From: an uncultured Alphaproteobacteria bacterium
GTDB taxonomy: Bacteria > Pseudomonadota > Alphaproteobacteria > Thalassobaculales > Thalassobaculaceae
Length of the DNA: 64,000 nt
Reading direction: 5' to 3'
Assembly: GCA_902589475.1 (NCBI GenBank)
Contig: CACITD010000007.1
Coordinates: forward strand, 1,981-65,980
In this document: positions 31,519 to 41,349 of the stretch, piece by piece
Layout of the letters: every line of letters starts with the position of its first letter
How positions within the stretch are numbered: position 1 is the first letter of the stretch
The notes under the pieces: model-generated
Seen by the model: only the letters and a program-made list of their open reading frames with translations
The model's database searches: none
Told to the model about the DNA's origin: nothing
Made by a program: the position numbers and the translations under genes

Positions 31519-32019
31519 TTAGTGTAGTTGTTGGTCTACTCCCTTATAACGTTGCAGAAACTCATTCGCCATTTCTCTATGGTGATCGTGAATACTCTCT
31601 AAGTAGCACTTAGCTTGATCTTCCTCGGTGATAGGCATTTCGTGCTCAAGTTCCTCCAACATGCATGTAGTACCTAAAAGAAGCAGACTATCATATTCTT
31701 CCTCAGACAATTCAGGAACAATGGCAAGAAAGTTATCAGCAAATGATCCGGAAAAACGAGTTATAGCACGGCGCCTTAATTTCCATGATAATTTGCTCAA
31801 CGATGCAGCCCATTCCTTTATGGCTAGTTGTATTTCTTTAGGGAGTGACGAACGCAAATCATCTCGTTTTTCTAAACTATCCAAACTATGGAATTGTTCA
31901 GAAGCATCATTATGGCTGGGGATGCTCTCATCATTGGAGGCAAAACCTGGCTGATAATTTGATGAGACGTTACCAGAGCGAACAGTAATGCCATCGGTTT
32001 TTTTTCTTTTTTGGTTCAT
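31519..32019 (-). CDS. hypothetical protein (acidic, no recognisable domain)
   Basis: 166-aa ORF with a strong AAGGAG 6 nt upstream of the ATG. No motif I can assign. Confidence 0.5.
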   Translation of the reverse strand: MNQKRKKTDGITVRSGNVSSNYQPGFASNDESIPSHNDASEQFHSLDSLEKRDDLRSSLPKEIQLAIKEWAASLSKLSWKLRRRAITRFSGSFADNFLAIVPELSEEEYDSLLLLGTTCMLEELEHEMPITEEDQAKCYLESIHDHHREMANEFLQRYKGVDQQLH

Positions 32020-32183
32020 TGTGAGCTCCTTCGGACCATTTATCAGTATGGAAGCAAGAAATGTGCCATGCGAATCAGCTATGTTTCGGGGCGCGACAGA
32101 TAAAGACGTTTTTCTGGGAACTCATAGAGATAATCAAAAACCATAGTCTTTTCCGCTAAATTTTGGCAAAAGCAAAAATTTTA

Positions 32184-32266
32184 TTGACTTGTCAAACTTA
32201 AAAACTATGTTCCCCACCGGGTCGCCGCTTCCCACCTAGCGGTAACACTGTTAAAGGATTTCAGGC
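32184..32266 (+). promoter_or_regulatory. putative serC promoter (TTGACT-N16-TATGTT) plus a hairpin-capable 5' leader; candidate alphaproteobacterial serC leader element
   Basis: TTGACT at 32184-32189. The stem GTCGCCGC (32221-32228) / GCGGTAAC (32239-32246) has an internal mismatch and a 10-nt loop. SD AAAGGA at 32253-32258, ATG at 32267. Confidence 0.3.
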
Positions 32267-33430
32267 ATGAAGCCCACGGCTGTGCCAAAATGCCCCATGT
32301 TCTCATCGGGGCCGTGTGCCAAGCGCCCAGGCTGGTCAGCATCAGTTTTGGAGTCAGCGGTCCTCGGTCGATCACACCGGTCTATTCCAGCCAAAGCGAA
32401 GTTGAAACACCTAATCGATAAAACATCTTCCGTTCTTAAACTTCCGAGCGATTACAGGTTGGGCATAGTGCCAGCCTCGGACACCGGTGCGTTCGAGATG
32501 GGTATGTGGTCACTCCTTGGTGCTCGCAGCGTCGATGTTCTCGTGTGGGAGAGCTTTAGTAGCGATTGGGCAAATGATATTGTCAACGAGCTACGTCTTC
32601 CTGATTGCCGGGTCCTAAAGGCCGACTACGGTTATGTACCAGAACTTAATAAGGTTGAATTCAACCGGGACATTGTCTTTGCCTGGAACGGGACAACATC
32701 AGGTGCTCGGGTCCCCGATGCAGATTGGATACCGAATGATCGTGAGGGGCTAACGCTATGTGACGCTACTAGTGCTGTCTTTGCTCAAGATATTGCATGG
32801 CAAAAGCTCGATTTCGTTACCTTCTCATGGCAGAAAGTGCTGGGTGGAGAGGCCGGTTTTGGAATGGTAATATTAGGGCCAAAAGCCATTGCTAGATTAG
32901 AAGAGTACACACCTGAACGACCCATCCCAAAAATCTTTAGGCTTTCAAAAAATGGGAAGGTTAACGAAAAATTATTTCAAGGCGAGACAATCAACACACC
33001 GTCTATGATCTGTGTGGAAGATGCGTTAGACGCCGTTAATTGGATTGAGGATATAGGTGGTTTGGACGCTGCCAAGAAAAAGTGTGATGAAAACCTACTA
33101 ACCCTAACTAAATGGGTTGAAGAGAGCGAATGGGCTGATTTTTTAGTCCAAAACGAAAAAAATAGGTCGAACACTTCAGTTTGCTTAAAAATAATTGATC
33201 CATGGTTTTTAGCCCTTCACGACGAGCAGCAGACTAAAATACCAAAGCTAATAAGCGAACTCCTGGAAAAGGAAGGGGTTGCCTTTGATATTAATGGATA
33301 CAGAGATGCGCCGCCAGGGCTACGTCTATGGACAGGCGCGACTGTACAGAATCAAGATATCATTTGTTTGTTGCCCTGGTTGGACTGGGCATACAACGAC
33401 ATCAAGTCTGATTTTAATCAATTAGCTTAA
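32267..33430 (+). CDS. serC: phosphoserine aminotransferase (alphaproteobacterial long type)
   Basis: N-terminal PMFSSGPCAKRPGW. 387 aa. Immediately followed by serA. Confidence 0.9.
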   Translation: MKPTAVPKCPMFSSGPCAKRPGWSASVLESAVLGRSHRSIPAKAKLKHLIDKTSSVLKLPSDYRLGIVPASDTGAFEMGMWSLLGARSVDVLVWESFSSDWANDIVNELRLPDCRVLKADYGYVPELNKVEFNRDIVFAWNGTTSGARVPDADWIPNDREGLTLCDATSAVFAQDIAWQKLDFVTFSWQKVLGGEAGFGMVILGPKAIARLEEYTPERPIPKIFRLSKNGKVNEKLFQGETINTPSMICVEDALDAVNWIEDIGGLDAAKKKCDENLLTLTKWVEESEWADFLVQNEKNRSNTSVCLKIIDPWFLALHDEQQTKIPKLISELLEKEGVAFDINGYRDAPPGLRLWTGATVQNQDIICLLPWLDWAYNDIKSDFNQLA

Positions 33431-33454
33431 TACTGCTGGTCGTGGAGCACACTA

Positions 33455-35044
33455 ATGCCGAAAGTTTTAGTATCTGACAAATTAAGTAAAGACGTTGTTG
33501 CAATATTTAAAAGCCAAGGAATTAGCGTAGACTATAAACCTGGCATGTCGCCCGAAGAGTTGGGCCGGGAAATTCACCATTATGATGGCTTGGCAGTCCG
33601 CTCTGCGAGCAAAGTTACTAAAGAGTTAATTTTAGCGGCAAGTAATCTCAAGGTCATAGGCCGAGCAGGTATAGGGGTAGATAATATAGATGTGGACGCT
33701 GCAAGCGCCGCCGGTATCGTCGTTATGAATACGCCCTTTGGTAACGCAGTGACAACGGCAGAGCACGCCATTTCTATGATTTGTGCTCTCGCACGCGAAA
33801 TACCCGAAGCTGATAGGTCAACTCAAGAGGGACTTTGGGAAAAGGCACGTTTTGTTGGCACTGAATTAACAGGCAAAACATTAGGAATAATTGGTTGCGG
33901 AAACATTGGATCGATTGTGGCTGACCGAGCCCAAGGTTTGAAAATGAAAGTCGCAGCTTTTGACCCTTATCTTACTGAAGAGCGGGCAGAAAGCATAGGC
34001 GTTCGAAAACTAGAGCTTAAACATTTATTGGCAGATTCAGATTTTATTTCTCTTCATACACCATTAACGGAACAGACAAAAAATATTATCAACGCGGAAG
34101 CGTTAGTTTCGATGAAAAGAGGTGTGCGGATTATAAACTGCGCGCGGGGTGGTCTAATATCTGAGCAGGACCTCAAGGCTGCTTTAGAAGACGGACACGT
34201 GGCGGGTGCTGCCTTAGATGTATTCTCCGAAGAACCCGCAACAAATAATATTTTGTTTGGTGTTCCAGGGGTCATCGCGACGCCGCATCTTGGTGCTTCG
34301 ACTATGGAGGCGCAGGAGAAGGTTGCATTACAAATCGCAGAACAAATGTCTGACTTTCTTAACACAGGTTCTGTCAGCAATGCCCTAAATATGCCCGCAG
34401 TTTCCGCGGAAGAAGCACCAATCCTTAAGCCATACATTAAGTTAGCAGGGTTACTTGGAAGTTTTGCGGGGCAAGTGGCTGATGATGCAATAGAAAAAGT
34501 TGAGATCGAATTCGAAGGATTGGCGACAGAAATCAATCATGCTCCTATCGTTTCCTCAATCCTAGCGGGTATTTTAAAGCACACAATGGACTCTGTTAAT
34601 CTTGTTAGTGCGCCACTGATAGCCAATAGTCGGGGAATCGATATATCAACCATCAAACACGATAGAGTTTGCGATTATCAGACCTTATTAAGAGTTTCAG
34701 TTGGAAGTAAATCACGCACAAGGGTGTTAGCTGGAACTCTTTTTGCTGGAACACAAGCGCGGCTTGTTGATATTCAAGGCATTAAAATTGAGGCGGAATT
34801 TGCAAAAAATCTTTTGTATATAAGAAATTATGATAGTCCAGGGTTTATTGGGGCATTAGGTACTTTGTTAGGGAATGAAGGTATAAATATTGCGACTTTT
34901 CACCTTGGTCGTCGAGAAAACGGCGGCGAAGCCCTTGCGTTAGTAGAAGTTGAAGGCCATGTTTCTGACGCAGTTTTATCTGATGTCCGTTCTCTGCCGC
35001 AGGTCGTTCGCGCAAATTACCTGACCTTCCAATCCGACCAATGA
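33455..35044 (+). CDS. serA: D-3-phosphoglycerate dehydrogenase
   Basis: 529 aa. NAD motif GIIGCGNIGSIVA, the catalytic region INCARGGLI...TPHLGAST, and a C-terminal ASB+ACT region. Confidence 0.95.
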   Translation: MPKVLVSDKLSKDVVAIFKSQGISVDYKPGMSPEELGREIHHYDGLAVRSASKVTKELILAASNLKVIGRAGIGVDNIDVDAASAAGIVVMNTPFGNAVTTAEHAISMICALAREIPEADRSTQEGLWEKARFVGTELTGKTLGIIGCGNIGSIVADRAQGLKMKVAAFDPYLTEERAESIGVRKLELKHLLADSDFISLHTPLTEQTKNIINAEALVSMKRGVRIINCARGGLISEQDLKAALEDGHVAGAALDVFSEEPATNNILFGVPGVIATPHLGASTMEAQEKVALQIAEQMSDFLNTGSVSNALNMPAVSAEEAPILKPYIKLAGLLGSFAGQVADDAIEKVEIEFEGLATEINHAPIVSSILAGILKHTMDSVNLVSAPLIANSRGIDISTIKHDRVCDYQTLLRVSVGSKSRTRVLAGTLFAGTQARLVDIQGIKIEAEFAKNLLYIRNYDSPGFIGALGTLLGNEGINIATFHLGRRENGGEALALVEVEGHVSDAVLSDVRSLPQVVRANYLTFQSDQ

Positions 35045-35095
35045 TCTAATTCTCACCCTTTTTTAAAATAAGAACTAGCGTGGAAATTAGCAGAG

Positions 35096-36001
35096 TTAGA
35101 TCACTGCTACTGGTCTAACAGGACATCCTGTTGCGCCCTTCAATTTAACGGGAAGCATTATCAAGCAAAACTCATTAACGCTTCTTTCGGATATCTCCGA
35201 CAGTGCGAGGTTTTCAATAAGGTGTACGCCTGCTTCTGCGAGGCAATGTTGATGAACTGGCATCATAACATCCGGATGGTTTGTTCCAGGAAGTACTTCA
35301 ACAGCCATGTTATCAGCACCGATTGCCACAACGTCATTTTGCGTTAACCATCTTGCAGCTTGCTCGTTTAGACCTGGTTCTCCCGAAATGTATTTGGCAT
35401 TGTCGTGCATAAAATGCTTGCCCCAACCTGTGTTAATGAGGACGACATCACCTTTTTGGGGGGTAATGTTGTGGTCGTCATAAGCCCGCTTTAGATCATC
35501 CGATGTAATCGGTCGGCCAGCTTCTAGACAATCAGCGCCATCTAATCTTGATAGATCCAGGCACAATCCTCGTGTTATTATCGGGGGTATATTTTCAACT
35601 CCTAGTTGAAGTAAACCCCAATCACCAACACTTTCTTCAATTGTGTGACCTCCATAAAGGTGCTCGCCAATTGAAAAATGCCCCAGTGAGTCAATATGAG
35701 TTCCAACATGCGTTGTCATCTCAATTCTCTCAAGATTTGCTCCAACTTTATTTTTGGCGCCCATTTTTTCCCTAATTTTCATACTGTTCTTAGCCGTCGC
35801 CGAAGATGAAATTATATAAGGGGTCTGGTTGGGTGGCATAAAAGGGGCGCCCATCTCTATCGTACGACTGAGGTCTATAATTTCACCAGATTGAATTTTC
35901 CCAAGTGCAGACAATGTGGTCTTTTGATCTAGGAGGTGACCTGCGGCACCTGTCTGGTCACCCTCTCCCCATCGGTTATGATTGTGCAGGCAATTTGTCA
36001 T
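35096..36001 (-). CDS. cyclase family protein (kynurenine formamidase-like metal hydrolase fold)
   Basis: HxGTHxDxxxH motif THVGTHIDSLGHF. 301 aa. AAGGA lies upstream of the ATG. Confidence 0.78.
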   Translation of the reverse strand: MTNCLHNHNRWGEGDQTGAAGHLLDQKTTLSALGKIQSGEIIDLSRTIEMGAPFMPPNQTPYIISSSATAKNSMKIREKMGAKNKVGANLERIEMTTHVGTHIDSLGHFSIGEHLYGGHTIEESVGDWGLLQLGVENIPPIITRGLCLDLSRLDGADCLEAGRPITSDDLKRAYDDHNITPQKGDVVLINTGWGKHFMHDNAKYISGEPGLNEQAARWLTQNDVVAIGADNMAVEVLPGTNHPDVMMPVHQHCLAEAGVHLIENLALSEISERSVNEFCLIMLPVKLKGATGCPVRPVAVI

Positions 36002-36168
36002 AGATATAATCCTTAACAGAAATGGAAATAGTGATTTATAACCTGTTTGTAATTTTTAAACTAAAAAAATAGAAAACTTTCTTGATCTAATACGTCATTC
36101 ATCTCTATTAAATGTTAAAAGTGTGTTAGCGTTAAACAGCTTGTTTATAAATTACTGGAGTATTTTCC

Positions 36169-37329
36169 TTGACGTTTAAGGAAGATAGAGACCCTATCAA
36201 CAAATCATTGCTTCCTAGTGGTCTTAGGGATCAACTACCTCCCCACGCTGCCCATGAGGCCTCTATTGTTGAAGGGCTAATAAATACTTTTGAATTATCA
36301 GGCTATGAGAGGGTTAAACCCCCACTCATTGAATATGAGGATACCTTATTTTCAGGCCCCGGTGAAGCCATGGTTCACAGCACGTTTAGGCTTATGGACC
36401 CCGTTTCGCAAAAAATGCTTGGTGTTCGATCTGATCTAACAACACAAGTTGCTAGAATTGCTTCTAGTCGATTAGGACATACTCATCACCCGTTGAGATT
36501 GTGTTACGCAGGTGAAGTTTTAAGGGTAATGCCTGACGACTTGAACCCTGAACGGGAATTAGTTCAAGTAGGTGCAGAACTTATTGGTGAAGATAATTCG
36601 TTGGCAGATATAGAGGTCATTTACTTAGCATATGATGCGTTGTCTAACGTAGGTGTGCAATCAATAACGATAGATATCACGACACCCGCATTGATTCCAA
36701 AGTTGGTAGAAGAAATTGGCATAACAACGGAAATAGGTCCCAAATTAAGGACAGCACTGGATAAGAAAGATTCTTCCGCGATACAGGAGCTTGCCGGAAG
36801 TAACGCTGGTTTATTTACTGGATTAATTGAGGCAGCCGGTTGCTGGGATAGTAGCGTTAAAAAATTAAAAGCTTTATCCCTTCCTAAGTTAGTCAGCCCG
36901 ATTCTTGATCGTCTGGAAGCGGTTGCAGCATTTATTGCAAAGGAAGATGATAATCTCCAGATCACTATTGATCCGGTGGAAAGCAGGGGCTTTGAATATT
37001 ATAGTGGACTTGGGTTCAGTTTTTTTTCACAGGGTGTACGGGGTGAACTTGGCCGAGGTGGCCGGTATATTTTGAATGATGGTGAGTCGACCGGTTCTTG
37101 CGGGTTTACATTATATATGGAGACTGTGATTCGAGCCCTCCCGGAACCGGTTAGTAGAAACCGCTTATTGGTACCCCATTCGATAAACAGAGATGTCTTG
37201 AGATCACTTAGGCGGGATGGGTGGATAACTGTGAGCCTATTTCAGCAGTTAGACAGTCTTGAAAAAGAGGCGAAACGCTTGAATTGCTCTCACATTTTTT
37301 CAAATAACAGGCCAAAAAAACTAGGTTAA
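36169..37329 (+). CDS. hisZ: ATP phosphoribosyltransferase regulatory subunit
   Basis: LLPSGLRDQLPPHA and a HisRS-like catalytic core without an anticodon domain. TTG start, with GGAG 8 nt upstream. Confidence 0.83.
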   Translation: MTFKEDRDPINKSLLPSGLRDQLPPHAAHEASIVEGLINTFELSGYERVKPPLIEYEDTLFSGPGEAMVHSTFRLMDPVSQKMLGVRSDLTTQVARIASSRLGHTHHPLRLCYAGEVLRVMPDDLNPERELVQVGAELIGEDNSLADIEVIYLAYDALSNVGVQSITIDITTPALIPKLVEEIGITTEIGPKLRTALDKKDSSAIQELAGSNAGLFTGLIEAAGCWDSSVKKLKALSLPKLVSPILDRLEAVAAFIAKEDDNLQITIDPVESRGFEYYSGLGFSFFSQGVRGELGRGGRYILNDGESTGSCGFTLYMETVIRALPEPVSRNRLLVPHSINRDVLRSLRRDGWITVSLFQQLDSLEKEAKRLNCSHIFSNNRPKKLG

Positions 37330-37363
37330 CTTAATTTAGCTCAAGAGTCAGGAATAATTTGTA

Positions 37364-38653
37364 ATGGGAAATGTCGCAGTTATAGGAGCCCAATGGGGTG
37401 ATGAAGGAAAGGGAAAAATCGTAGATTGGTTGTCTGAGAGAGCTGATGCGGTAGTCCGTTTTCAGGGTGGCCACAATGCCGGTCATACGCTAGTTGTTGA
37501 TGGTAAAACTTATAAGCTTAGCTTACTTCCGTCAGGAATAGTTAGAGAAAAATTATCTGTCATTGGTTCGGGTGTTGTTGTTGACCCATGGGCATTACTA
37601 AACGAAATTGAGAAAATTTCAGCACATGGAATTACTGTTTCTCCTGACAAACTCGTCTTAGCGGATAATGCTTCTCTCATTTTAGATATTCATCAAAAAA
37701 TAGATTTGGCTCGAGAAAAAAAACGAGGAAAAAACAAAATAGGGACTACAGGGAGGGGCATAGGTCCTGCGTACGAAGATAAAGTGGCAAGGCGTGGTAT
37801 TCGAGTTGCAGACTTAGACAGTCCCGATCAAGTGTTATCGAAATTAGAAGACCAATTCGCATACCATAATATTTTTCTCAAGGATGCGGACGAAGAAATA
37901 GCCTCCGCAGAAAAAACTTTTAAAGATCTAATGGCAGTTAGTGATGATATACGGCAGTTTGCTCAACCAGTTTGGAGAAAGATGGATGAACTTCGAGCGC
38001 AAGGTTCCAGGATCTTGTTTGAAGGTGCGCAGGGTGTAATGTTAGATGTCGACCATGGAACCTACCCCTTCGTTACTTCTTCGAACACAGTCGCAGGACA
38101 AGCTGCTGCTGGAACAGGCACGGGACCAACTTCTATCAATTATGTTTTAGGAATTACTAAAGCCTACACCACCAGGGTTGGTAGTGGTCCGTTTCCAACC
38201 GAATTACTGGACGAGATTGGCCAAACTCTTGGAGAGAGAGGCCATGAATTTGGGGTGGTAACAGGTCGGAAACGCCGATGTGGTTGGTTTGATGCTGTAA
38301 TGGTCAAGCAGGCTATCAAGACTTCGGGGATAACTGGGATTGCACTGACAAAAATGGATGTACTAGACGGTTTCGGAACACTGAAAGTTTGTGATGGATA
38401 TGAACTTGAGGGAAGTAGAATCGACTATTTCCCCAGCTCTTCTAAGCACCAGGCAGCTGTAAAGCCTTTATACAGAGAGATAGAGGGATGGTCAGAAAGT
38501 ACGCGTGGGGCTAGGTCTTGGTCAGAACTTCCCAGTAATGCTGTAAAGTATATTAGGCAAATCGAAGAACTCATTGAGGCGCCGGTGGCTTTAGTATCTA
38601 CAAGTCCTGAGCGCGAAGATACAATTCTAGTAAAAGATCCATTTAAGGATTAA
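37364..38653 (+). CDS. purA: adenylosuccinate synthase
   Basis: [15 protein letters not shown]-loop, [22 protein letters not shown]. Confidence 0.97.
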   Translation: MGNVAVIGAQWGDEGKGKIVDWLSERADAVVRFQGGHNAGHTLVVDGKTYKLSLLPSGIVREKLSVIGSGVVVDPWALLNEIEKISAHGITVSPDKLVLADNASLILDIHQKIDLAREKKRGKNKIGTTGRGIGPAYEDKVARRGIRVADLDSPDQVLSKLEDQFAYHNIFLKDADEEIASAEKTFKDLMAVSDDIRQFAQPVWRKMDELRAQGSRILFEGAQGVMLDVDHGTYPFVTSSNTVAGQAAAGTGTGPTSINYVLGITKAYTTRVGSGPFPTELLDEIGQTLGERGHEFGVVTGRKRRCGWFDAVMVKQAIKTSGITGIALTKMDVLDGFGTLKVCDGYELEGSRIDYFPSSSKHQAAVKPLYREIEGWSESTRGARSWSELPSNAVKYIRQIEELIEAPVALVSTSPEREDTILVKDPFKD

Positions 38654-38742
38654 ATCAAATACTTTATAAATAGAAAGAAGAAAATTATAACCTATTGATT
38701 GATTTAGGTTCGACCTCGCTTAGACCATAGAGGGTATCGGAA

Positions 38743-40743
38743 ATGGGAATAGTAGTCCTAAAAGATCAATTTGAGATAGATGACTCGCTTCATCTACCTG
38801 CTTACGACTCGCCTACAGCAAAAGCTCATGTCTGTAAAAGCCTTACGGACGGGCAATCCAGTTTAATTGCTTTGATTTGTGACGCAGATGTACCAATGCG
38901 AACGGAATTGTTAGAGGGATTAAAAAATTTTCCAGGCCCAGGTTTGGTAAAGCCGGTCGACAGCGGTGTTGTAAATTGGCTTCCCACAGGCCGGAGGCAG
39001 CCTGTTTTGATCTGTGAAAAACCACTCGGCAGTAGAGTTTTCGAAACACTTGATACAGTTATTCAGCCACTCAGTGATAATCAAATTATAGGCGGTTTTT
39101 TAACACCCGCCATAGCCACGCTTAGAGAGTTGGCTTCACGCGGTTTAACTCACAGAAATATAAGACCATCCAACATATTTTATGCGGATGATTCAGCACG
39201 CCTTATCATGCTCGGTGAATGCATATCTGCGCCTCCTGGATATAACCAACCCATAAGTTTTGAGACACTTGAGACAGGTATGGCCAATGATGCTGGTAGG
39301 GGAATGGGTACGCCTTCTGATGACCTGTTTTCTCTAGGTGTCACTCTTTTAAGTCTGTTAATCGGAAGACTACCAGTAACTAAAATAGAGGATCCATACC
39401 AGTTTATGCTAGATAGGATTAATATCGGCTCATATGCGAGCATAGTTGGTAGTCATAGAATTCAACAAAACATGATAGAAATTTTACGAGGCTTATTAGC
39501 GGATGATCTGGCTGAACGTTGGCCGCTCTCTGATGTAGAGCTCTGGGCTAATGGTAGACGCATGACGCCTAAACAAGCAAAGCTGCCAACCAAGGCAGCC
39601 CGACCATTACCCATTGCTGGATTTGATCACGAAAATATAAGATCTGCAGCGCATGGGCTAAGTCAAAATTGGCACTTATCGGGCGATATAATTCGTGGTC
39701 AGGATTTCGACACCTGGATACAGAGGAGTTTAAGTGACGAGCAGATAGTCAATAATTTAAATAAAGCAATAGGGAGCATCCAGGCTATACAGTCAGCTCC
39801 GAGAGCGGAAGACCCAAGGCTTATAGCAAAAGTCATTTTGGCCCTCGATCCTGCGGGCCCGATAAGATTAGGTGGTTTCGCAACTCACGTGGATGGCATA
39901 GGCACTACTCTGTCAGTTGGTTTTGATGATGAGGTCACCAGAAACCAGATAGCAGAATTACTAGTTTCTGGCGTTCTTAAGACTTGGTTGGGTCTTCAAG
40001 GTCGAGTGAAAAGTGAGATTATGAACTTCTATGGGGTATTAGAAAAAGTTGAAGGATTTATAAATTTGCCGGGCGCGGGTTTTGGTATCGAGAGAGTTTT
40101 ATATGAACTTAACCCTTATCAGCATTGCGTGAGTCCAATGATAGAGCATCTTTATATTACGAAAACATCAGAACTAATACCTGCTTTGGAGGCAGTAGCT
40201 CAAAGCGATAACTTACCGCCTATGCCAATGGATAGACATATTGCAGCCTTTCTATCGGCTCATTCCGAGCATATAGATGAAAGGATCATGCGACCTCTTA
40301 CGCATAAAGACAATCGCCCCGCTGATGAAGCCTTAAAGGTGATGAGAATACTTGCCCGCGTCCAATCCGTGTATAGTAACGGTGCGGCACCAGCACTTTG
40401 CGCTTGGCTAAAAGATCTTACTAACCCAGCCGTCCAGTCATTCAATAATAATAAATTGCGCAATCAAGTAGAGCGCCAAGTTGTTCAAGCTGCAGAGACG
40501 GGATTTGTAGTAGCATTAATGCGTATTCTAGATGATTCTAAGGTTATGGAACTTGATAAAGAGAATTACAGAAAAGCTCAAAAAGAATATGAAGAGTGTT
40601 CTGCTCAAATTCACCGCATGGACGCTGGACTTGAGCAGAAAGAAAATTTAGCTGGCGAGTTGGGAGAACAAGTAGCTGCCGTCATAGCTGGTGTAATAGC
40701 TAGTATTGGAACGACAGTAATAGTAATGATTTATTTGGCCTAG
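38743..40743 (+). CDS. tail-anchored protein with an N-terminal degenerate Hanks-type kinase-like domain (predicted pseudokinase) and an uncharacterised central domain of about 350 aa
   Basis: HRNIRPSNIFY replaces HRDxKPxN. LGE sits at the DFG position. No GxGxxG loop or VAIK lysine is recognisable. Subdomains IX and XI are retained (SDDLFSLGVTLLSLLIGRLP, LLADDLAERWP). C-terminal coiled coil, then a terminal TM (VAAVIAGVIASIGTTVIVMIYLA-stop). Confidence 0.6.
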   Translation: MGIVVLKDQFEIDDSLHLPAYDSPTAKAHVCKSLTDGQSSLIALICDADVPMRTELLEGLKNFPGPGLVKPVDSGVVNWLPTGRRQPVLICEKPLGSRVFETLDTVIQPLSDNQIIGGFLTPAIATLRELASRGLTHRNIRPSNIFYADDSARLIMLGECISAPPGYNQPISFETLETGMANDAGRGMGTPSDDLFSLGVTLLSLLIGRLPVTKIEDPYQFMLDRINIGSYASIVGSHRIQQNMIEILRGLLADDLAERWPLSDVELWANGRRMTPKQAKLPTKAARPLPIAGFDHENIRSAAHGLSQNWHLSGDIIRGQDFDTWIQRSLSDEQIVNNLNKAIGSIQAIQSAPRAEDPRLIAKVILALDPAGPIRLGGFATHVDGIGTTLSVGFDDEVTRNQIAELLVSGVLKTWLGLQGRVKSEIMNFYGVLEKVEGFINLPGAGFGIERVLYELNPYQHCVSPMIEHLYITKTSELIPALEAVAQSDNLPPMPMDRHIAAFLSAHSEHIDERIMRPLTHKDNRPADEALKVMRILARVQSVYSNGAAPALCAWLKDLTNPAVQSFNNNKLRNQVERQVVQAAETGFVVALMRILDDSKVMELDKENYRKAQKEYEECSAQIHRMDAGLEQKENLAGELGEQVAAVIAGVIASIGTTVIVMIYLA

Positions 40744-40798
40744 TGGATCAGAGGTTATGAAAAATTAATGGTTTATAAAGGGGTGGGTATTTTTCAGT

Positions 40799-41323
40799 AT
40801 GGCTAATAGGTCTGCGAGTGCTTCGGCGACTAAAGCTGTTTTGGTAATGGTTGTAGCTGGAACTATGATTTTTACTCTGCCAACCGTTATGGTTCTGACT
40901 GTTGGCATGATACCGACGTTTATTGCTTACGCAACGGATCGCAGAAAAGAAAAGTATAAAACTGTTAGTGTCGGAAGTTTAAATTTCGTTGGTGCGTTGC
41001 CTCTGCTTGTTACTCTTTGGACAAAAGACCATTCTTTCGATATGGGGTTTTCAGTTCTCTCAGACCCATTCAATTGGCTAATGGTTTTAGGCTCGTCATC
41101 AGCTGGCTGGACTATATACTTGGTTGCGCCGTCGATTGTTTCGATATTTCTCCAAGCTCGAATAGAGCTTTCGGTTGAACGACTAAAAAAGCGTCAAGTG
41201 AGGCTGGTTGAAGAGTGGGGTGAAGGCGTTTCTGGTGATCGAAAGTCAAATCAGAGTGGCAGTAGTCTCGGCAATAGCAACAAGGAGCAGGAAGATGTTG
41301 GGGACGCTGGAAGTGCTCAATGA
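40799..41323 (+). CDS. small polytopic membrane protein (about 4 TM) with a charged C-terminal tail, function unknown
   Basis: Hydrophobic segments AVLVMVVAGTMIFTLPTVMVLTVGMIPTFIAYA, VGSLNFVGALPLLVTLW and WLMVLGSSSAGWTIYLVAPSIVSIFL, then RLKKRQVRLVEEWGEG and a Ser/Gly/acidic tail. Starts 55 nt downstream of the pseudokinase gene, on the same strand. Confidence 0.55.
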   Translation: MANRSASASATKAVLVMVVAGTMIFTLPTVMVLTVGMIPTFIAYATDRRKEKYKTVSVGSLNFVGALPLLVTLWTKDHSFDMGFSVLSDPFNWLMVLGSSSAGWTIYLVAPSIVSIFLQARIELSVERLKKRQVRLVEEWGEGVSGDRKSNQSGSSLGNSNKEQEDVGDAGSAQ

Positions 41324-41349
41324 ACTTGGTAGAACCTATAAAAGCCTGG

